Shown: positions 1-9,108, numbered from the stretch's first letter. The stretch is DNA of 32,000 bases from Prochlorococcus marinus subsp. pastoris str. CCMP1986 (GCF_000011465.1 NC_005072.1:990001-1022000); one strand, 5' to 3'. Notes: generated from the sequence alone by a model not told the origin. Numbers and translations: made by a program.

Positions 1-1
1 A

Positions 2-676
2 GCGCATAATAATGGGAAATTAGGATTAGCCAATGATTCATATATTTTAATGGGACATTCATTAGGAGCTTTAATAGCTTTTTTGTATGAAGGTGATTTA
101 CCTAAAGATGAATTTGAAAAGAGATGTGATTTAGCTTTAAAAGATTTTGCAATAACAAATTTATCAAAATTACTTCAATGTCAACTAAACGAAATTCCAT
201 TACCCGAAATAATCAATTCAAAGAAAGCAAATGGAATCATAGGATTTAATTCATTTGGAAGCTTAATCTGGCCAAATGAAAAAAATTCTGGGATTGAGAT
301 TCCAGTACTTTTAATTGGAGGGACTTATGATCTTATAACTCCCTTAATAAGTGAGCAATTCAAAGTGTTTTTATCTACGACTAATAATCCCTTAAATAGA
401 TTCTTGATTATTGAGGGATCAAGTCATTTTTCACCAATAAGAATCAATGATAAGTATTCAGAAAATATCGAAAATAATGATATTTTTAAAATCAATAAAT
501 CTTTTATTGGATCTAATCCTTACTCTTTTCAAAATTTATCTTTAAAAGTTATCTTAGAGTTTTTAGAAAATATAAAAAATAATGAAAGCATTAAAGTTAT
601 AAAAAATCAAACTGAAAGCAATCTTGATTTTCATCTTTTAGATAGAAAGACTTTAAAAACAATAATCAAAAATTAG
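2..676 (+). CDS. alpha/beta-fold serine hydrolase (5' end lies upstream of the window)
   Basis: The frame of the listed 50..676 ORF stays open back to base 2 (AHNNGKLGLANDSYIL precedes the listed Met), so the gene is truncated by the window edge. GHSLG matches the GxSxG nucleophile elbow, and the later GSSHF fits the His-loop region of alpha/beta hydrolases. TAG stop at 674-676. No closer family call is possible by eye. Confidence 0.6.
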   Translation, partial: AHNNGKLGLANDSYILMGHSLGALIAFLYEGDLPKDEFEKRCDLALKDFAITNLSKLLQCQLNEIPLPEIINSKKANGIIGFNSFGSLIWPNEKNSGIEIPVLLIGGTYDLITPLISEQFKVFLSTTNNPLNRFLIIEGSSHFSPIRINDKYSENIENNDIFKINKSFIGSNPYSFQNLSLKVILEFLENIKNNESIKVIKNQTESNLDFHLLDRKTLKTIIKN

Positions 677-1713
677 TATTCAATTCGAGGATCTAATATA
701 GCAATTAAAATATCCACAAAAAGATTTAATGAGACTATTAGTAAAGAGGTGATAATTACAATTCCTTGAACAACAGTATAATCCCGTTGGGAAATAGCTT
801 CATGTAACCTTAAAGCTATCCCTGGCCATGAAAAAGTAACTTCAAAAAGAAGCGCTCCTCCTGCTAAAGAAGCTATTGTTAAGCCAGAAATCGTAACAAT
901 AGGCAAAAGTGCATTAGGTAAAGAGTGATTTAAGATAATTTTCCTTCTTGAAATTCCTCTGCATAAAGCTGCATTTACATAATCACTTTTAAGTGTCTTG
1001 TCTAAATTTATTCTTAAAGATCTACTAAAAATTCCGCTCAAAAGAAACCCAAGAGTTATTGAAGGTAGTGCAAGATGATATAAGCTTTCTCTTAAATAGA
1101 TAAAATTATTATTTAGAAGACTATCTAAAACTAGAAACCCTGTAATTTTAGGTTGGCTATAAGTGATTGGGAACCTCCCACCAATTGGAAAAATTCTTAA
1201 ATATACAGAAAATATTAATTGAGCTAAAATTGCCCCCCAGAAAGGTGGAATCGCATATGAAGAGATTCCTATTACTCTGGATATGTAATCTCCTTTTTTC
1301 CCTTTATTTTTTAAACCAAAAAAACCAAGCGGAAATCCTATAAAGATTGCAAAGATTATTGAAAAGATACCCAGTTCTAAACTCGCTGGTAATGATTTAA
1401 GAATAATATCAAGAACCGGTTCTTGAGTACTTAAAGATTCTCCAAAATTTAAGTGCAAAATATTATTAATGTAAGAAAGATATTGAATAAGAAGAGATTC
1501 ATTTAACCCTAATTTATATCTAAGAATTTCTCTTGAAGCTTCATTAGCTCCAGATCCTAAAATTGCGTCAACTGGGTCTCCTGGTGCAACTCTCAACAAA
1601 ATAAAAACTAATGTAGATATAATCCACAACATCAAAGGTATTAAAGAAATCTTTAATAAAGAATAATTTAAAAGTTTATTAAGATCTCTACTCATTAATG
1701 AATTTGAGATCAC
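673..1713 (-). CDS. ABC importer permease, DppB/OppB/NikB type (peptide/nickel family)
   Basis: 346-aa ORF with about six hydrophobic helices and an N-terminal LRVAPGDPV motif typical of the first permease of peptide/nickel-type importers. The codon at 1711-1713 is GTG; the in-frame ATG at 1693-1695 is an equally plausible start. Either start overlaps the stop (1688-1690) of the upstream binding-protein gene, suggesting translational coupling. Confidence 0.85.
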   Translation of the reverse strand: MISNSLMSRDLNKLLNYSLLKISLIPLMLWIISTLVFILLRVAPGDPVDAILGSGANEASREILRYKLGLNESLLIQYLSYINNILHLNFGESLSTQEPVLDIILKSLPASLELGIFSIIFAIFIGFPLGFFGLKNKGKKGDYISRVIGISSYAIPPFWGAILAQLIFSVYLRIFPIGGRFPITYSQPKITGFLVLDSLLNNNFIYLRESLYHLALPSITLGFLLSGIFSRSLRINLDKTLKSDYVNAALCRGISRRKIILNHSLPNALLPIVTISGLTIASLAGGALLFEVTFSWPGIALRLHEAISQRDYTVVQGIVIITSLLIVSLNLFVDILIAILDPRIEY

Positions 1714-3259
1714 TCATTGAAATAATTCCTGCACCATTAAAAATAGGTTTTGAAATTTCATTTTGCGACCAAGCTTTTTGAGATGAAATCCATATTGGAA
1801 TATAAGGTATTGATTCTGAAGCTATTTTCTCTATTTCAATTAATTTCGCTAATCTTTCTTTACCGTTTAAATTTTCGCTATCAAGAAATAAATCTTCTAC
1901 TGTATTCGATCCCCAAAAACTTCCGCTGTAAACTGATTCTCCTTTTATACAGTTTTTACCATCTATTTCACTGCAACTTAGAAGGGGTGTTAAATATGCC
2001 TCGGGATCAGAATAAGCACCTGTCCAATCAAGAATAACCGCTGTATATATTCCTAAAGATAGATTCTTATAAATAGTTGTGGACTCTACTCCGTTGAGTT
2101 TAATGTTAATACATTCATTCAAAATATTTTTTATTTGTTCTTGCCAAGAAAGAGCAATAAGTTTATCAGCAGGTACGTTAGATCGATAAGTAAGAGGGAA
2201 ATCTAAAACATTACCGTTACAGTAACCTTCTTTTTGCAGTAACACTTTTGCTTCTAAGGGATCATATTTTGGCCATAATTCTTTCTTATTTTTTTTATAA
2301 ATTGGTGGAACAAGTGATCTTGAAGGTTGCCTTAATCCATAACTAACCTTTTCGCTAATGAAGTCCCTATTAAGACTTTTAGCTATAGCCAACCTTACAT
2401 TAAGATTATTTAAGGGATAAGAATTTGTTCTTAGACTAATAAAACTTATTTCTGTAGCAGGACTCATTCCTTCTTTAATTTCTTTGTTATTGCTTAATAA
2501 ATTTAAATTATTTCTTTGAATATCATCTATTGAATTTGATAAAAGAACATCAATTTGTTTACTTTTTAGAGCTCCGAAAAGAGAAGAAGAGTTAGAGTAT
2601 CCAATAAAACTTATACCTTCATTATTAGGTTTATCACTCCAATAATTTAAATTTGGATCAATTATTTGAATTTCATTTGAAAATCTCTTCAATATATATT
2701 TACCCGTACCAACAAATTTATCATTTAAAAATTTATCAGAATAATCTTTATAATAAGTAGGTGAAATAGGTGTCAAATTTATTGATGTAAGTAAACCATT
2801 AACAGAGCTTGATGGTTTATTTAGATTAATGATTACACTGTATTCACTTGGAGTTTCTATAGATTTTATTTTATTTCCTAAGATATAATTCATTGTTCCG
2901 ATTCTTTTAAATCTATCAAAAGAAAACTTTATAGCATTTGAATTAAATAAAGTTCCATCATGAAAAAGAACATTTTTTTTAAGATTAATTATTATTTGTA
3001 ATTTATCCTTTGAAAAAATTGGCATTCCTGCTGCTAATTCAGGAATCAATTCTCCTTCAGAATTTAATTCATATAAAGTATCACCAAGCGAACTTAATAA
3101 TTGTAGTGATTTAAGAGTACTTGCCCTAGCAGGATCTAAGGATTCAATTTTACCTGAACTTGCAACTATAATTCTTTTTGATTTAATATTAGAAACGCAA
3201 GAATATTGTGATAAAGAAATTAAAAAAACGAATAAAGCTATTAAAAAATTATTATGCAT
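1688..3259 (-). CDS. ABC importer periplasmic substrate-binding protein, family 5 (peptide/nickel type)
   Basis: 523-aa ORF with an ATG start. It has an N-terminal hydrophobic signal sequence ending near a Cys (LISLSQYSC). Size and overall sequence character match family-5 solute-binding proteins (DppA/OppA/NikA-like). It lies directly upstream of, and overlaps, the cognate permease gene. Confidence 0.85.
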   Translation of the reverse strand: MHNNFLIALFVFLISLSQYSCVSNIKSKRIIVASSGKIESLDPARASTLKSLQLLSSLGDTLYELNSEGELIPELAAGMPIFSKDKLQIIINLKKNVLFHDGTLFNSNAIKFSFDRFKRIGTMNYILGNKIKSIETPSEYSVIINLNKPSSSVNGLLTSINLTPISPTYYKDYSDKFLNDKFVGTGKYILKRFSNEIQIIDPNLNYWSDKPNNEGISFIGYSNSSSLFGALKSKQIDVLLSNSIDDIQRNNLNLLSNNKEIKEGMSPATEISFISLRTNSYPLNNLNVRLAIAKSLNRDFISEKVSYGLRQPSRSLVPPIYKKNKKELWPKYDPLEAKVLLQKEGYCNGNVLDFPLTYRSNVPADKLIALSWQEQIKNILNECINIKLNGVESTTIYKNLSLGIYTAVILDWTGAYSDPEAYLTPLLSCSEIDGKNCIKGESVYSGSFWGSNTVEDLFLDSENLNGKERLAKLIEIEKIASESIPYIPIWISSQKAWSQNEISKPIFNGAGIISMSDLKFINE

Positions 3260-3280
3260 AACATTTGATTTTTCAGAAAT

Positions 3281-3541
3281 TTACTTTTCATTAAAAGTAT
3301 CAGAGCAATAGGTTTGTAGTGTAATTTGATTAAGTTCCAAGGAGAATGTCTTATTAACTTCTAAAGCGAAGGGCCACTCTCTTATCCAACAAACTTTACT
3401 CTGTGGATTAATTCCTACAACCTGAAATGTCTTTTGACTATTTTTAATTTTCACACACGCTCCTTTATAGAGGTTTTTACAGCTGTTATTAGCATCAAAT
3501 TTAAAATTATTTTTAATTTCTACTAATTTTGAAAAACTCAT
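3281..3541 (-). CDS. small hypothetical protein (86 aa, four Cys, no signal peptide)
   Basis: ATG-initiated ORF that fills the gap between hom and the ABC binding-protein gene on the same strand (21 nt to the next start). No recognisable motif. Coding status is inferred only from ORF length in AT-rich DNA and tight operon-like packing. Confidence 0.5.
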   Translation of the reverse strand: MSFSKLVEIKNNFKFDANNSCKNLYKGACVKIKNSQKTFQVVGINPQSKVCWIREWPFALEVNKTFSLELNQITLQTYCSDTFNEK

Positions 3542-3603
3542 TACATAAATACATTTCCTCTCTTTGGTTTAACAAGCTAAAGAGAGATATGCAAATGTTT
3601 TTT

Positions 3604-4905
3604 TCAAATACAACTTAATTGGCTAGCAATTAATTCAACTTCAGAAAGAGCATTTATTTCCTTCTTTGATTTTTCAAACTTACCATTTGAGACTTCATGT
3701 GTGATAACAACTATTTCTGCTTTATTTTGACTTGCATCTAATTGGACAATTGATTCTATTGATACATCATTCTTACCAAAGATATCTCCGATCTTACCAA
3801 TCACTCCTGGACTATCTAAACAAATAATTCTGAGATAATTCTTTTTTGATATTTGATTAGATTCAATAATATGACAGTCTCTCCAAAAATTAAAAGATAA
3901 TAATGGATCAATGGATTTCGTATCCTTTGTTAATGAAGACTGAAGATTTAAAATATCAGAAACAACAGAAGCAGCGGTTGGTCCACTTCCCGCTCCTGGT
4001 CCGTACAACATTATTTCCCCTAGAGGATCAGCATCTATAAGGATGGCATTATTCACACCATCAACCGTTGCCAAAGGATGAGATTTGGGGATTAGAGAAG
4101 GACCTACCCAAATATTTAGGGAAAGAGAATCATTAATGTTGATAGCATTTCTCTCAGAAAAGGCTAAAAGTTTAATTTCAAAACCTAGTTTATTTGCATA
4201 TTCAATATCTTTAATATCTATTTGATTTATACCTTCTGTACTAATTGAAACTCTATTAATTTTACCTCCAAATGCCAGTTCAGAAAGAATTGAAATTTTA
4301 TCAGCCGCATCGTGTCCTTCAACATCAGCAGTTGGATCAAATTCTGCGAAACCAAGTTTCTGAGCTAATTTTAATGTTGCCTCATAATCAGCTTTTTCAT
4401 TTGACATTTTTGTAAGTATAAAATTTGTTGTACCGTTTATTATCCCAACCATTTTATTTATTTGATTACTTTTAAGAGATCTTTTTAAAGGTTCAATTAT
4501 TGGTATCCCTCCACATACTGCTGCTTCTGTTAAAACATAGACTCCATTCTTAGCAGCTGTGGAATATATTTCATTCCCATATCTTGCAATTACCGCTTTA
4601 TTAGCTGTAACTACTGATTTTCGAGCCTTTAAAGATTTCAGAATAATATCCCTAGCTATATCTGTACCTCCCATTACTTCTACAATCACGTCAACATTTG
4701 GATCTTTAATTAGTTCATAAGGATCATTTATTAATAGATTATTCTCTAATTTAGTATCCCTTTTTTTGTTGATATTTTTAACAGCTATTCCTACAATTTC
4801 TATATCTTTTAAAATTGGATGTAGGTCATTTTTCGATTTTAGGATTTTATAAATACCTTTTCCTACAGTTCCAAAACCAATAATTCCAATTTTACATTTT
4901 TGCAT
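3604..4905 (-). CDS. hom: homoserine dehydrogenase
   Basis: 433-aa ORF. It has an N-terminal Rossmann motif (IGIIGFGTVGKG), a central homoserine dehydrogenase catalytic region (VTANKA..., GIINGTTNFIL, EADPTADVEGxDAAxK-like segment FDPTADVEGHDAADK) and a C-terminal ACT-like regulatory domain. Confidence 0.92.
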   Translation of the reverse strand: MQKCKIGIIGFGTVGKGIYKILKSKNDLHPILKDIEIVGIAVKNINKKRDTKLENNLLINDPYELIKDPNVDVIVEVMGGTDIARDIILKSLKARKSVVTANKAVIARYGNEIYSTAAKNGVYVLTEAAVCGGIPIIEPLKRSLKSNQINKMVGIINGTTNFILTKMSNEKADYEATLKLAQKLGFAEFDPTADVEGHDAADKISILSELAFGGKINRVSISTEGINQIDIKDIEYANKLGFEIKLLAFSERNAININDSLSLNIWVGPSLIPKSHPLATVDGVNNAILIDADPLGEIMLYGPGAGSGPTAASVVSDILNLQSSLTKDTKSIDPLLSFNFWRDCHIIESNQISKKNYLRIICLDSPGVIGKIGDIFGKNDVSIESIVQLDASQNKAEIVVITHEVSNGKFEKSKKEINALSEVELIASQLSCI

Positions 4906-4940
4906 TAGTTATCTTTTATTGTAATTTCAATTTTATAATA

Positions 4941-5366
4941 TTATTTCGACAAAAAATCATTTGCCTGAGACTGCATTTTTAAGAGAATATTTAAAAAACC
5001 ATTTGATCTTGATGGGGTTAGGCTTGCCTTTAGACCAGTATCTTCTATAAATTTATTGTTTATATTAACGACTTGTTTTGGCGTTAATTCATTCATTCCA
5101 TTTATAAGGAATGCAAGTAACCCCTTTGTTATCAAAGCATCAGAATAGCCTTCCCAATAAAGTTTACCTTCTTGAAAACTTGCTTTAACAAAGACTTCAG
5201 AAACACATCCTTGAACTTTATTTTCAGGAATTAAGATGCTATTATTTGGAACTTTCAATTTTTTACCTAACCATAAAATAAACTCATATTTTCGTTTAGG
5301 ATCTTCTGCATTTTTCAGTTTTTCTACTAATTTATTTAATTCTGTATAAGTTTCTTTCTTTTCCAT
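4941..5366 (-). CDS. sufE: SufE-like cysteine desulfuration / sulfur acceptor protein
   Basis: 141-aa ORF with the SufE hallmarks: the active-site Cys in KVQGCVSEVF and the C-terminal LTPSRSNGF motif. Confidence 0.85.
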   Translation of the reverse strand: MEKKETYTELNKLVEKLKNAEDPKRKYEFILWLGKKLKVPNNSILIPENKVQGCVSEVFVKASFQEGKLYWEGYSDALITKGLLAFLINGMNELTPKQVVNINNKFIEDTGLKASLTPSRSNGFLNILLKMQSQANDFLSK

Positions 5367-5403
5367 TGTTATAAAACTATTAAATTACTAAATTAGATTT
5401 ACA

Positions 5404-5961
5404 CTAAACTAATATTTCTTTTTCCGTAATAAAACCTGATAGAGGGATATCCCAATCAGCTCTAGTCAGAAATTTATCGCTTACACAATTAGAGGTTAAA
5501 ATACCTATACATGGAATAGATCTCCAATTTTTATCTTCCCTTAATTTATCAAAATATCCTCCACCGTATCCCAATCTTATTAAGTTTCTATCAACTGAAA
5601 GACAAGGAATAAACATCATACTAATTTTTTCATAACTCAATTTATTTGAAGAATAAGGAGCTAGTATCCCATGTAAATCTTTAGATAATGGTTTCTTATC
5701 CCAGGCACAAAATAAGAGATTTTTGTTTTCTTCACATCTCGGCAAAGCTAATAAATATTCATGACCAAGACTTCTTAAATCAACTTCATTTTCAAGAGGC
5801 CAATAAATTCCTATATACTTTTTTTTTAAATCTTTTCTAAAAATTGAATCAACATATGTTTTTACATTGATTTCAACTTTTCTCATATCAAAAGCTGAAC
5901 TTTTATTTCTCAAATTTCTAAAAAATTTCCTTTCGAAATTCTTTTTTTCTGAGATTTTCAT
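5404..5961 (-). CDS. 5-formyltetrahydrofolate cyclo-ligase (MTHFS family)
   Basis: 185-aa ORF with the family motifs: IGIYWPLxxEVD, the RLGYGGGYFDK glycine-rich loop and the C-terminal DWDIPL segment. Confidence 0.8.
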   Translation of the reverse strand: MKISEKKNFERKFFRNLRNKSSAFDMRKVEINVKTYVDSIFRKDLKKKYIGIYWPLENEVDLRSLGHEYLLALPRCEENKNLLFCAWDKKPLSKDLHGILAPYSSNKLSYEKISMMFIPCLSVDRNLIRLGYGGGYFDKLREDKNWRSIPCIGILTSNCVSDKFLTRADWDIPLSGFITEKEILV

Positions 5962-5970
5962 AATTTATAT

Positions 5971-6444
5971 TTAATTAAATCCTTCTTCATTTAATTTTGT
6001 AAGGGCTATGGCTAGTGCGTCTGCCGAGTCATCAGGTTTTGGTGCACGGGTTAAATTTAGGTTGTACATTACCGCTTCAATAACTTCCTTCTTTGATGCT
6101 TTGCCAGAGCCTGCAATAGTGAGCTTGACTTGAGAAGGGGCGTACTCACTAACTTTAATGCTTTTGAAAGCAAATACCATCATAATAACTCCCCGAGCCT
6201 GAACAACACTAATGGTAGTGCTAGATCTATAAAAGAAAAATTTCTCTACCGCAGCAATATCTGGTTTCCACTGGTCAATCAATGTATTGAGATCATTAAA
6301 AATTTCATAAAGTCTATCTCCTTCCCCTTTATTTTTATTAGTTTCAATTACCCCACAATCAAGAAATATCTTCTTTTCATTTTGAATCTCAATAATGCCA
6401 TATCCAACTCTTCCTAATCCAGGATCAATTCCAATAATCCTCAC
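5971..6444 (-). CDS. ruvC: crossover junction endodeoxyribonuclease RuvC
   Basis: [15 protein letters not shown] (first catalytic Asp) plus AVEKFFF and [11 protein letters not shown] match RuvC. The listed ORF runs to the ATG at 6495, which adds 17 non-conserved residues and overlaps chlI by 47 nt. The GTG at 6442-6444 gives the canonical [10 protein letters not shown]-terminus and leaves a 4-nt gap to the chlI stop (6449), so I prefer it. Confidence 0.85.
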   Translation of the reverse strand: MRIIGIDPGLGRVGYGIIEIQNEKKIFLDCGVIETNKNKGEGDRLYEIFNDLNTLIDQWKPDIAAVEKFFFYRSSTTISVVQARGVIMMVFAFKSIKVSEYAPSQVKLTIAGSGKASKKEVIEAVMYNLNLTRAPKPDDSADALAIALTKLNEEGFN

Positions 6445-6448
6445 TTTA

Positions 6449-7537
6449 TTATTCTTGTGATGATAATTGAAATTTGGAAAGGTCTTCTTTTTCATTCAAA
6501 TCGAAGACTTTACAGAATGCTTGGATGACTCTTTCTCCTGAATCAACTTGCTCTAAGGGATCTTTTCTTAATCGATGCCTTAAAGAACATGTAATAACTC
6601 TAGCTATATCTTCCTCTTGCACTTCAGTTCTTCCCTCAAATGCAGCAATTGCCCTTGCAGATCGATTAGTTACAATATCCCCCCTTAGTCCATCAACATC
6701 AAGTTCGCCACATATAGCAGATATATTTAATCTTAGATCATCATCCAATTGAACTGAATTTAATATCTCTTGAGCTTTAATAACTTTTTGCTGAAGGTCA
6801 TCTTGCTGTTTCTCAACACTTATCGAGAATTCATCGGGATTATCATCAAATGAAGTTCGCTGATCAACAACTTTAACCCTTAATTCCGCATCTCTTACTG
6901 TCTTAACCTCAACGCTCATACCAAACCTATCTAATAACTGAGGCCTAAGTTCTCCCTCTTCTGGATTGCCAGAGCCAATTAAAACAAATCTTGCAGGATG
7001 TCTAACTGAAACTCCCTCTCTCTCAACTGTATTCCATCCAGATGCGGCGGAATCTAAAAGAACATCAACTAAATGATCGTCGAGTAGATTAACTTCGTCT
7101 ACGTATAACAAGCCTCTATTAGCTTTTGCTAATAAGCCTGGTTCAAAGGCCTTAATTCCTTCGCTTAAAGCCTTTTCTATATCAATAGTTCCGCACAGTC
7201 TGTCTTCTGTTGCCCCCAATGGCAAATCAACCATTGGGACTTGTTTTTTATCTTTCTCCAAACTTTCTCCCTGTACAATTTTCTCTAAAACTTCTTTACT
7301 CTGTAAATCAGGATCTATAAGTGAACTATTATATGGATCATCTTTAACAACATCTATAGCTGGTAACAAGTCTGCTAGAGCTCTTATAGTTGTAGATTTA
7401 CCAGTTCCTCTGTCACCCATAATCATTACTCCTCCAATTCTTGGATCTATAACATTTAACAAAAGAGCTAATTTCATTTCTTCTTGACCAATTACAGCAG
7501 TAAAAGGAAAAACTCTTCTTTTCTTTGTTCTATTCAC
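6449..7537 (-). CDS. chlI: magnesium chelatase ATPase subunit I
   Basis: 362-aa [44 protein letters not shown] (Walker A), [10 protein letters not shown] (Walker B) and the rest of the AAA+ module are diagnostic of ChlI/BchI. The start codon at 7535-7537 is GTG; the next in-frame ATG lies inside the conserved GQEEMK motif and cannot be the start. Confidence 0.95.
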   Translation of the reverse strand: MNRTKKRRVFPFTAVIGQEEMKLALLLNVIDPRIGGVMIMGDRGTGKSTTIRALADLLPAIDVVKDDPYNSSLIDPDLQSKEVLEKIVQGESLEKDKKQVPMVDLPLGATEDRLCGTIDIEKALSEGIKAFEPGLLAKANRGLLYVDEVNLLDDHLVDVLLDSAASGWNTVEREGVSVRHPARFVLIGSGNPEEGELRPQLLDRFGMSVEVKTVRDAELRVKVVDQRTSFDDNPDEFSISVEKQQDDLQQKVIKAQEILNSVQLDDDLRLNISAICGELDVDGLRGDIVTNRSARAIAAFEGRTEVQEEDIARVITCSLRHRLRKDPLEQVDSGERVIQAFCKVFDLNEKEDLSKFQLSSQE

Positions 7538-7800
7538 AGCTTTAGTTTTACTTTATTTTCGAATGATCAATAGATGATACTTCAGAAAATGTTTTTAGTA
7601 AATATCCAAATTAAATTGAACGTTTTGACTATATTTGAGCTTATTTATATACAAATTTATTTCTTAATCTAATTTAATTTTTTAGAGTTTATTTTTTACC
7701 CTAAAATCTGACGTTTAGAATATGTTTAAAACTACAATCTTAAAGAAAGGTTTAACAAAAAATATCAACTTTTCATCAATTTTTACTTAACTTTATAAAT

Positions 7801-8544
7801 TTACTTGCCTTTTGAATTATTTAAAAACCAGTTAATTTGGTGAACGATTCCTCTCAAGACATTAATATCATGACTTGATGTCTTCGCTTTTAATAAAAAT
7901 TTTTTAAATTTACTGATTTTTGAATTAGCTGTATGTTCCAAAAGATATCCAGTTTTAATAAGCATTTCTTCTATTTCTTTAAAAGATTCATAAATTTGTT
8001 TTGATGACGCAAGGTCTAAAACTTGTAAATCTTTCTTATCATTATTTTTTGAAGATTTATTTAATTCATACAAGATTATTGAAACTGCATGAGAGAGGTT
8101 TAAAGAAGGATAGTTTTGAGAAGTTTTAATATTAAGAATCTTATGTGCAAAAAGTAATTCATTATTACTTAATCCTCTATCCTCTCTTCCAAATAAAATA
8201 CCTAAATTATTAATCTCAACAAAAGATGAAATCCATTTTGATATGTCCTCAGGAGATTCACATTCAATATCATTACTTAAATCAATCCTTCCAAACGTGG
8301 CAATGACCAAATCACAATCAAAAATTGCTTGCTCAATGCTATTAAAAATTTTACAATTATCAATATATCTATATCCTTTAAGAGCCATTTTTTTTGCTTC
8401 TAAGGAAAAAATATCACATTTTGGAGAAACAATCCTTAATTCATTAACATCAAAATTAGAACATAATCTTGCGATACTTCCAACATTTAAAGGTCCATTT
8501 GGTTCGACCAATACAACGTTCAAGTTAAGTCTTTTTTTCTTCAA
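7801..8544 (-). CDS. SpoU/TrmH-family RNA 2'-O-methyltransferase (TrmJ-like)
   Basis: 247-aa ORF. The N-terminal VVLVEPNGPLNVGSIARLCSNF and later ILFGREDRGLSN and LNLSHAVSIILYE match the SPOUT-fold SpoU methylase motifs. Only a TTG (8542-8544) is available as a start. It lies 5 nt downstream of the cytochrome c gene stop, hence probably co-transcribed. Confidence 0.8.
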   Translation of the reverse strand: MKKKRLNLNVVLVEPNGPLNVGSIARLCSNFDVNELRIVSPKCDIFSLEAKKMALKGYRYIDNCKIFNSIEQAIFDCDLVIATFGRIDLSNDIECESPEDISKWISSFVEINNLGILFGREDRGLSNNELLFAHKILNIKTSQNYPSLNLSHAVSIILYELNKSSKNNDKKDLQVLDLASSKQIYESFKEIEEMLIKTGYLLEHTANSKISKFKKFLLKAKTSSHDINVLRGIVHQINWFLNNSKGK

Positions 8545-8549
8545 ATTTA

Positions 8550-8954
8550 TTACAAGCTATGTAAATACGTTAATAAATTAGACATGTTTTGAGGATCAAT
8601 TTCAAAACTTGGCATAGGAGGGGTAACTCCCTCAATAACTTGTTTTATGATTTCTGCATCATTTAAACGCATGGTTATTGATTGTAAATCTGGTCCAACT
8701 AATCCTCTAGCAGTAATACCATGGCATCCAACACAATTCATTTTAAAGAGAGTATCTCCTTCTTTAACAGAACCGTTGAGTTCAAGAGTTTTAAGAATAT
8801 ATGTATTATTTTCTTCATGATTAAAATAAAAGAAAGAGCCACTAATTAATAAAATCATACAAACAATAAAAACCCGTTTCCAGATTTTTGTTTTCAAAGT
8901 TTTTTCTGCTGCAGATGATGAAGATGTTGTCACAAAAAAATGTCTCTGTGTCAC
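8550..8954 (-). CDS. cytM: membrane-anchored c-type cytochrome, CytM-like
   Basis: One N-terminal hydrophobic helix (VFIVCMILLISGSFFYF) is followed by a class-I cytochrome c domain with the heme-binding motif CVGCH and a distal Met region (PPMPSF). The longest ORF starts at GTG 8952-8954; GTG at 8933 or TTG at 8897 are alternatives (see the petG finding). Confidence 0.7.
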   Translation of the reverse strand: MTQRHFFVTTSSSSAAEKTLKTKIWKRVFIVCMILLISGSFFYFNHEENNTYILKTLELNGSVKEGDTLFKMNCVGCHGITARGLVGPDLQSITMRLNDAEIIKQVIEGVTPPMPSFEIDPQNMSNLLTYLHSL

Positions 8955-8988
8955 AATTGTGAATGAGAAATGAAAAAAATGCCAGCAA

Positions 8989-9108
8989 ATGATTGAACCT
9001 CTTTTATGTGGAATAGTTTTAGGATTAGTTCCAATAACCCTTCTAGGATTATTTGTTAGCGCGTGGAATCAATATAGGAGAGGATCAGGAATGTTAGATA
9101 TGGATTAA
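8989..9108 (+). CDS. petG: cytochrome b6-f complex subunit 5 (PetG)
   Basis: Not in the ORF track because it is too short. ATG at 8989-8991 and TAA at 9106-9108 encode [39 protein letters not shown] (39 aa). This is near-identical in pattern to cyanobacterial/plastid PetG (MIEPLL.GIVLGL.P.TL.GLFV.A..QY.RG). An in-frame TGA at 8971-8973 bounds the 5' side, so the start is well defined. Confidence 0.9.
   Translation: MIEPLLCGIVLGLVPITLLGLFVSAWNQYRRGSGMLDMD

Noticed and set aside
5971-6495. Long ATG-initiated version of ruvC overlapping chlI by 47 nt
   Set aside because: The extra 17 residues ([17 protein letters not shown]) have no counterpart in RuvC proteins, which begin 1-3 residues before IIGIDPG. 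The GTG at 6444 gives the canonical N-terminus and removes the overlap.
7538-7800. Small ORFs in the long AT-rich spacers (for example 27 codons starting with ATGTTTTTAGTA in 7538-7800, and 22 codons starting with ATGGTTGAAATT in 17628-17863)
   Set aside because: The peptides are hydrophobic or low-complexity, as expected from AT-rich noise. They bear no resemblance to known small photosystem or cytochrome subunits, unlike petG.
8243-8581. 112-aa plus-strand ORF antisense to the SpoU methyltransferase and the cytM 3' end
   Set aside because: It overlaps two well-supported minus-strand genes, with no motifs. The same applies to the other listed antisense ORFs (1750-2037, 6130-6417, 6474-6752, 14379-14567, 15278-15487, 18490-18996, 19687-19956, 20564-20878, 21616-22327, 22826-23047, 24717-24905, 27243-27461, 28412-28624, 29050-29268, 30208-30417, 31015-31218, 31497-31739).
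8963-8992. 9-codon upstream ORF (MRNEKNASK) whose TGA overlaps the petG ATG (ATGA)
   Set aside because: It is very short, lies in an A-rich leader, and sits within 10 nt of the divergent cytM start. This is most likely chance, though it could be checked by conservation.
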